A stretch of DNA of 48,435 nt from Eledone cirrhosa (taxonomy: Eukaryota): assembly GCA_964016885.1 (NCBI GenBank), contig CAXHJY010000033.1, positions 1 to 48,435 on the forward strand. The letters run 5' to 3'. The notes beneath the pieces were generated by a model. That model was not told the DNA's origin, searched no databases, and worked only from the letters and a program-made list of their open reading frames with translations. This document shows, one piece after another, positions 42,128 to 48,435 of the stretch. Positions within the stretch are counted from its first letter, which is position 1, and every line of letters begins with the position of its first letter. Made by a program: the position numbers and the translations under genes.

Positions 42128-42131
<4 letters not shown>
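41938..42131. mobile_element. Family I mini element with inverted duplication, in (TA)n
   Basis: 41938-41988 inverted at 42002-42052. Confidence 0.75.
41991..42039 (+). ncRNA. Type I hammerhead (family I)
   Basis: GCTTC-CTGATGA-T TTC tcac GAA T-GAAACAG ttctagtc CTGTA-GAAGT. Confidence 0.8.
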
Positions 42132-42195
<64 letters not shown>

Positions 42196-42539
42196 TTACG
42201 ACTTCAGACTAATGAGGTAGATCTAGTCCTGCAAAAGTAATTTCGATTTGAAATAGATTTATTTGTTCTATTACATTTTCTTTTGTGTTGGCTTCTTTTG
42301 TCTTCTGTATATGGGTGTGAGTACCCGTGTGTTTGTATGAGTGTATATTCCAATATCTTTCATTATTTTCTATTTATTAATGATGGATTAAGGTTTGTTT
42401 TCAGGGTTGCTGGTTGTCTTTAAATAAATCTGCTTCCAGAAAGGGCCTTTCTGAAGTTCAAAGCATTTCATATCCTAGTGAAATATATTTGCATTAGATT
42501 GCAGTAATTACCGACTAGATTAACATTTTGATTACTCAC

Positions 42540-42808
42540 AAAAGGCTGTATATGGCGATGATTGAAAAGAAAACAATATCTACGCCTATAGATTTATCAA
42601 GGATATTTATGGATGGACGTAGATATGTCGGTGTGGTTATCAAGTTTGTTTCACAATCACACTGTATCAAGTTCGACTTGTTGTTGCTGTCGTTCTTCAT
42701 GTTGCTGCTGCTGCTGTTGCTGCTGGCTCTGAATTCTACAATTTCGCTGTTCCGTTCTGCGGTTGGGTGGATCTTATTTGCAGCAGACGAACATTCCTCG
42801 TTCACCAT
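42540..42808 (-). CDS. Candidate first coding exon of a membrane-protein gene
   Basis: AAGATGG Kozak context; MVNEE... polar N-terminus ending in hydrophobic IGVDIVFFSIIAIYSL; GTGAGT donor in phase 2. Confidence 0.55.
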
Positions 42809-42868
42809 CTTTCTTTTTTCATAAAAATTGAGGGGCATGCAGAGACACAAAGCAATAATAGCAATAAT

Positions 42869-42958
<90 letters not shown>

Positions 42959-43065
42959 TATCGCATATAGAGTTATCGCTGCTAAGAAAAATAGTATCGG
43001 AGGTTTTCAGATTCCTTTGATTGTTCAAACCGCATTTAAGCAAATACTTACTTTGACTTATCAGG

Positions 43066-43097
<32 letters not shown>

Positions 43098-43186
43098 TGT
43101 ATGTATGTATGTATGTATGTATGTATGTATGTATGTATGTGTGTATGTATGTATGTATGTATGTGTGTATGTATGTATGTGTGCAT

Positions 43187-43838
43187 GTTTCTCTTTCTCA
43201 TAATTTCGAGTACATTTTTGACCGGCCGTCTTCCTGGTGGCAAGGTTGTAAAAGAATAGAAATTGTCATCCCTTGAATCGGAAGAATATTTTACAAATGT
43301 TGAAGGTGCCAGCTATCGCAGCCATTTGTAGACTATGAATTAGGGGGCTGCGCTCTTTGTCCACAAATTCAAGGTCAGTTATACTTTGGTCCAAGCAGGT
43401 TGGTATATAACCTGTAGCTCCAGTAATGATGGGTATGAAGCTGAAGGTGTATGTTGGATACTGGATCTGCAAACTCCTCATCAATGGTCCGCAGATGTCC
43501 TACTCTTCTTGTATTTTTCTTACAGCGTTGACATCAAATGGGCAGCTGATCTCAACAACAGAGCACGTTTTCAATGTGTAGTCCCAAACAACAATATCAG
43601 ACCTGTTGTGCTTTAATTTGGCGGCAGTTTTTAATTTCACGTTCCACCAGTATTCTTTAGTGCCATCTATCTCAACATATTCCTCCTCATTTGTTTTTAA
43701 TGTTGTTTTCCTAAGTGCGTTCCAGATGGATCTATCGTGTCTCATAGTGTCTCATAGCGAGGTTGTAGTGAGACGACATTATTTCGCAGTTGTCAACAAT
43801 GTGGCTTATATCTTCGATGTTTGTTTTACAAAGCCTAT
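43187..43838 (-). mobile_element. Second R4/Dong-type 3' fragment (CCHC finger and RLE) in (TATG)n
   Basis: RLCKTNIEDISHIVDNC, RHD, HNRSDIVVWD; closely similar to 35472-35922; has a stop and a frameshift. Confidence 0.85.
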
Positions 43839-44337
43839 TATATGTATATGTATGTATGCAAGTATGTATGCAGGTATGTATGTATTTGCTATATGTATGT
43901 ATGTCTGTATATATGTATGCATGCATGTATGTATGCACGTGCATGAATGTGTATGTGTATGTATGTTTGGATGAATGTATATTTGTATGTATGTATATGT
44001 ACATGGGTATGAGTTTGTATATATCCATGTTATGTGCGTGTATGTGTTTGGGGGAGTGGGGTGTTTATTAGCTCCATATAGAACATGTACGTTTAATATT
44101 AGTATGTAAAAAGTCATGTAGGATGTTGTTCATATTTATGTTTCGAAGTGTCTATGTTTTCACCATACTTATAGATGTGATTATGCATCAGATCACAGCA
44201 TATAATACATGCCCTGCAAAGCTTATACAGATTAGTAATGAGTCTCCTGCATACTTGCTACAAAATATAATATACTGATATGTATTTTAAAACAACACAT
44301 ACAACATACATATACCCAGAGACACGTACACACACAG

Positions 44338-44408
<71 letters not shown>

Positions 44409-44449
44409 CATAGAGAGAGAAAGAGGGGGGGGGGGAATAAAGAGAGAAG

Positions 44450-44625
44450 TCTGAGTGGTTAGGCAATTGGATTCACAATCATGATGTTGTGAGCTCGAAT
44501 CCCCGACAGGGCGATGCGTTCTCTCCTTGAGCAAGATACTTTGCTCCTTCTACCTGGATTTACGAACAATTTGACGAGCTCCACCCCACCCGCTACGCGA
44601 ATGAGGCCCGGAATCATGTTGATCA
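44450..44625 (+). mobile_element. Degenerate tRNA SINE (second family)
   Basis: CTGAGTGGTTAGG..CTCGAATCC..CCTTGAGCAAGATACTTT. Confidence 0.6.
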
Positions 44626-44664
44626 ACTGTTATATATTAATATATATATATATATATATATATA

Positions 44665-45015
44665 TAGGGAAAAGTATGACCCCGACGGCAGAGCTCAAGC
44701 CGTTTCGACGGCTATTTCTGGACTCATTGCCAGAATTAATAACAGAACATATATTTATACAGATGTACAATAGTATGTATATACATACATACATGCACAC
44801 ATATATATGTGTACGTATGGGTTTACTGAACATTTATTATAATGTTCGGTTTGTTTGTAAACAAACAGCCCGAATTAAGCCGTACAGTGTTCGGCAACCA
44901 TCGTTGCCCTTTTGTTCAACACTGACACAAGAACGATGAACTAGTTTCTAGCTTCTTAAGTGTCATCAGCACCGTATACCATCCTGTCAATCGATTGAAC
45001 GTTTGAAAGTATATA
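44665..45015 (-). mobile_element. Family A fragment fused to a family C monomer (hammerhead at 44934-44974)
   Basis: 44665-44740 family A; 44745-45015 family C; CGGTG-CTGATGA...GAAACTAGTT-CATCG on the minus strand. Confidence 0.75.
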
Positions 45016-45257
45016 CATATATATACACATATATATATATATATATATATTATATGCGTAGCCGATCTCTCGGATTTTTACGAAGAGCTGAGGGGATAAA
45101 GTTTATATAAATATTGCTGATCTCATGCGTAGATGCTATAAAATATCTTATGATAATAGGCGAGGACCATTAGAGACAGAAAAAAAGTTGCCATCGGCCG
45201 CTAAGCTATTTAATTACATCTATGCGCATGAGCACGCCCCTCTTTATATATACATAC

Positions 45258-45288
<31 letters not shown>

Positions 45289-45301
45289 CATACATACATA
45301 T

Positions 45302-45332
<31 letters not shown>

Positions 45333-46213
45333 TGTTTAACGAACTAAACAAGTTGAATTTGTGCTAGCCCGCCGAAATGTATATATGTATATGTGTGTGC
45401 GTATGTGTGTGTGTGTGAGTGTGCGTGCGTGTGCGTGTGTGTGTGAGTGTGTGCGTGTATCCATGTATGCATGCAGGTATGTATATGTATATAAACGCGT
45501 TTTAACACACAGTTCCCGCATATTCGGTTAAAACCTTATAATGTTCACGCATTGATATAAACTATCTTAATATCTAATTAAATTAATTAACACAGTAATC
45601 ATTAAAACAATGGAAATGTTCTAGTTCTGCCATATCTGGTGTGTGCATAAAGCTTTCATGTATGTGTTTCTGCATGGATTGTGAAACATATAGAGTGTTT
45701 CTCATGAAGATCGCAACAAAGTTTTAAACTCATGCAAAACTGTCAAACTGTTCAATTTATAGAGAAACATGTTTACATATTTAAATAAAGATGTTTATTC
45801 ATATACATTTTTCTCAGCTTCGGTTTAAAAAAGTAAAAACATGGAGGAAGGTGTATATATATATATATATATATATACATACATATATCTGTGTATATAT
45901 TAATATGTTTGTAGAAATTCAAAATCTTTACTGATTGTGGCAGCTCTTAGCTTCACCATTTTCCAGTGTTAATCAACGGTAGATGTTGATGATTTTTGCT
46001 GCAGGAAATGGTACCAAATTGTGTAAAAACTTAGTGCCAATGTAAGTAAAATTCATAATCTATCTCTATGTTGTGTTATTAACCTAATTAGATTGTTCTC
46101 AGGAAAACTTTATATAGGTGGTTTCGAATAGTATTGGCTGTAGGCAAAGCTGTAAGATGTTGGAATTATATACATTATTCCCTTGATATATAATTATATA
46201 AATAAATAAATAA

Positions 46214-46840
<627 letters not shown>

Positions 46841-47154
46841 CAGTCAAATTATGTGAGGAATTTATATCTGTGAGCTGTTTTTTTTCCGCATCACCTAAAC
46901 AAATACAAGGCAATATGCAATTGAAACTTATTTACCCTATCATTGATAGCAGTATCTTAAAATGGATGTAGTAATTTGTATATTATTAGTACTTACTTAT
47001 ATTGGTACTTAATCAAGATATATGTGAAGGCGTACGCTAACAAGCAGATATATATGGTAAAATTATATCTGGATATACACAGACTCGAGGTAACCGTGAA
47101 TGCGTAAATGCAGATATATGTTTACACATTTTAAGTTGAGTGTTTGTATGCATG

Positions 47155-47186
<32 letters not shown>

Positions 47187-47641
47187 TAAAAGGGTGAAAT
47201 TAAGGGCAAATGCAGCGATTCTTTGCTTAAACTTTAATCTGTTATTTTACTAAATATCTGCTCTGCGGTTTTATATAATTTATATATATATTTATCCTTA
47301 TCGAGCCCCCTTCGGATTTTAGTCTTCACATTTATTATTATTACTATATATAGCTCTATATATAATATATATATATATATATATATGTAGATAAATCTAC
47401 CAAGAGTTTACGGTAGTGTCCAATCCGTATGAAGAACTCAATGTATTCCGGATATCATGGAAAGAAGAGATGTAATGAAAAACCACTTTCGGTGAAAGAT
47501 AAATGCCACTTTCGGTGAAAAACCACTTTCGGTGAAAGATAAATGCATACCAATTATAACACATATATACCCTAGAAACGATCGTTAAATAATGAACTTT
47601 TTTTGTTTAATATAAGGAATTGTTTATTCATTATTTGTTTA

Positions 47642-47753
<112 letters not shown>

Positions 47754-47761
47754 ATAGAAGG

Positions 47762-47811
47762 AGCTTCTACAGGACTAGTACTGTTTCATTCAGATGAAAT
47801 CTTCAGGAAGC
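47762..47811 (-). ncRNA. Type I hammerhead (family I relative)
   Basis: AGCTTC-CTGAAGA-T TTC atct GAA T-GAAACAG tactagtc CTGTA-GAAGCT; adjacent inverted repeat 47816-47893. Confidence 0.8.
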
Positions 47812-48219
47812 TGGGTGTCATATTAAGTTCTGGTATTTATACATTTAGGTAGTGGTAAGGGAAGTGTATAAATACCAGAACTTAATATGACAGCCCTAGA
47901 GGCACCGTCATAAAGTGTGTCTAGTGCATTTTTAAACCTGGTGGAGTCCAAGCCTCTCCAGGTCTCAACACAGCCGATTTTTTCTATAGAGGAAGAATCG
48001 ACCCAGTACTGGACTTGTACTTTTTACCCTCGGCGAGATTTGAACTCAGAGCATGCAAAGAGGCCGAAGTCTTGCCAATTCGCTCTCTCTCTATATATAT
48101 CCTTTCAATATTTTATTATTTTTTTGTTTCTGCGACCAAAGTACATAGAGTGAGAAAGTGAGAGAGAATGTAATACGCACACACATACGCGCGCGCGCAC
48201 GCACACACGCACACGCACC

Positions 48220-48332
<113 letters not shown>

Positions 48333-48435
48333 TTAGATATATATATATGTATGTAAAAGGTAAACAGAAATAACAACACAATCGGTACAGTATATGGAAG
48401 GGATATATTAGGTTAACGCTTGATATAGCAGGAAG

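Noticed and set aside
47478-47547. CRISPR-like short repeats
   Set aside because: Eukaryotic context, no unique spacers, simple local duplication

Overview
AT-rich, microsatellite-saturated animal genomic DNA; the tRNA-derived SINE family and repeat landscape suggest an octopus/cephalopod (inference). No complete gene is visible, but phase-compatible exons on the minus strand (42808-42540, 31030-30862, and weaker candidates 20267-20154 and 5313-5132) suggest the window is mostly intronic sequence of a multi-pass membrane (possibly GPCR-like) gene. Coding mobile-element relics are a Penelope-like GIY-YIG 3' fragment (9807-10880), a decayed GC-rich CRE-clade non-LTR element (24185-27230), two R4/Dong-type RLE fragments in (TACA)n, and two RTE-type 3' ends. 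Non-coding ones are RTE-derived non-autonomous elements, two Helitrons, a mariner MITE and about 17 SINEs. The main signal: many of the 'unique' islands between (TA)n tracts belong to about eight non-coding families that each carry a hammerhead ribozyme motif and occur as palindromes or tandem arrays. The Penelope fragment has the same kind of hammerhead in its own 3' end. Two unrelated families use the compensatory U3:A8 core (UUGAAAA). All structures were folded by eye; none was tested computationally or experimentally.
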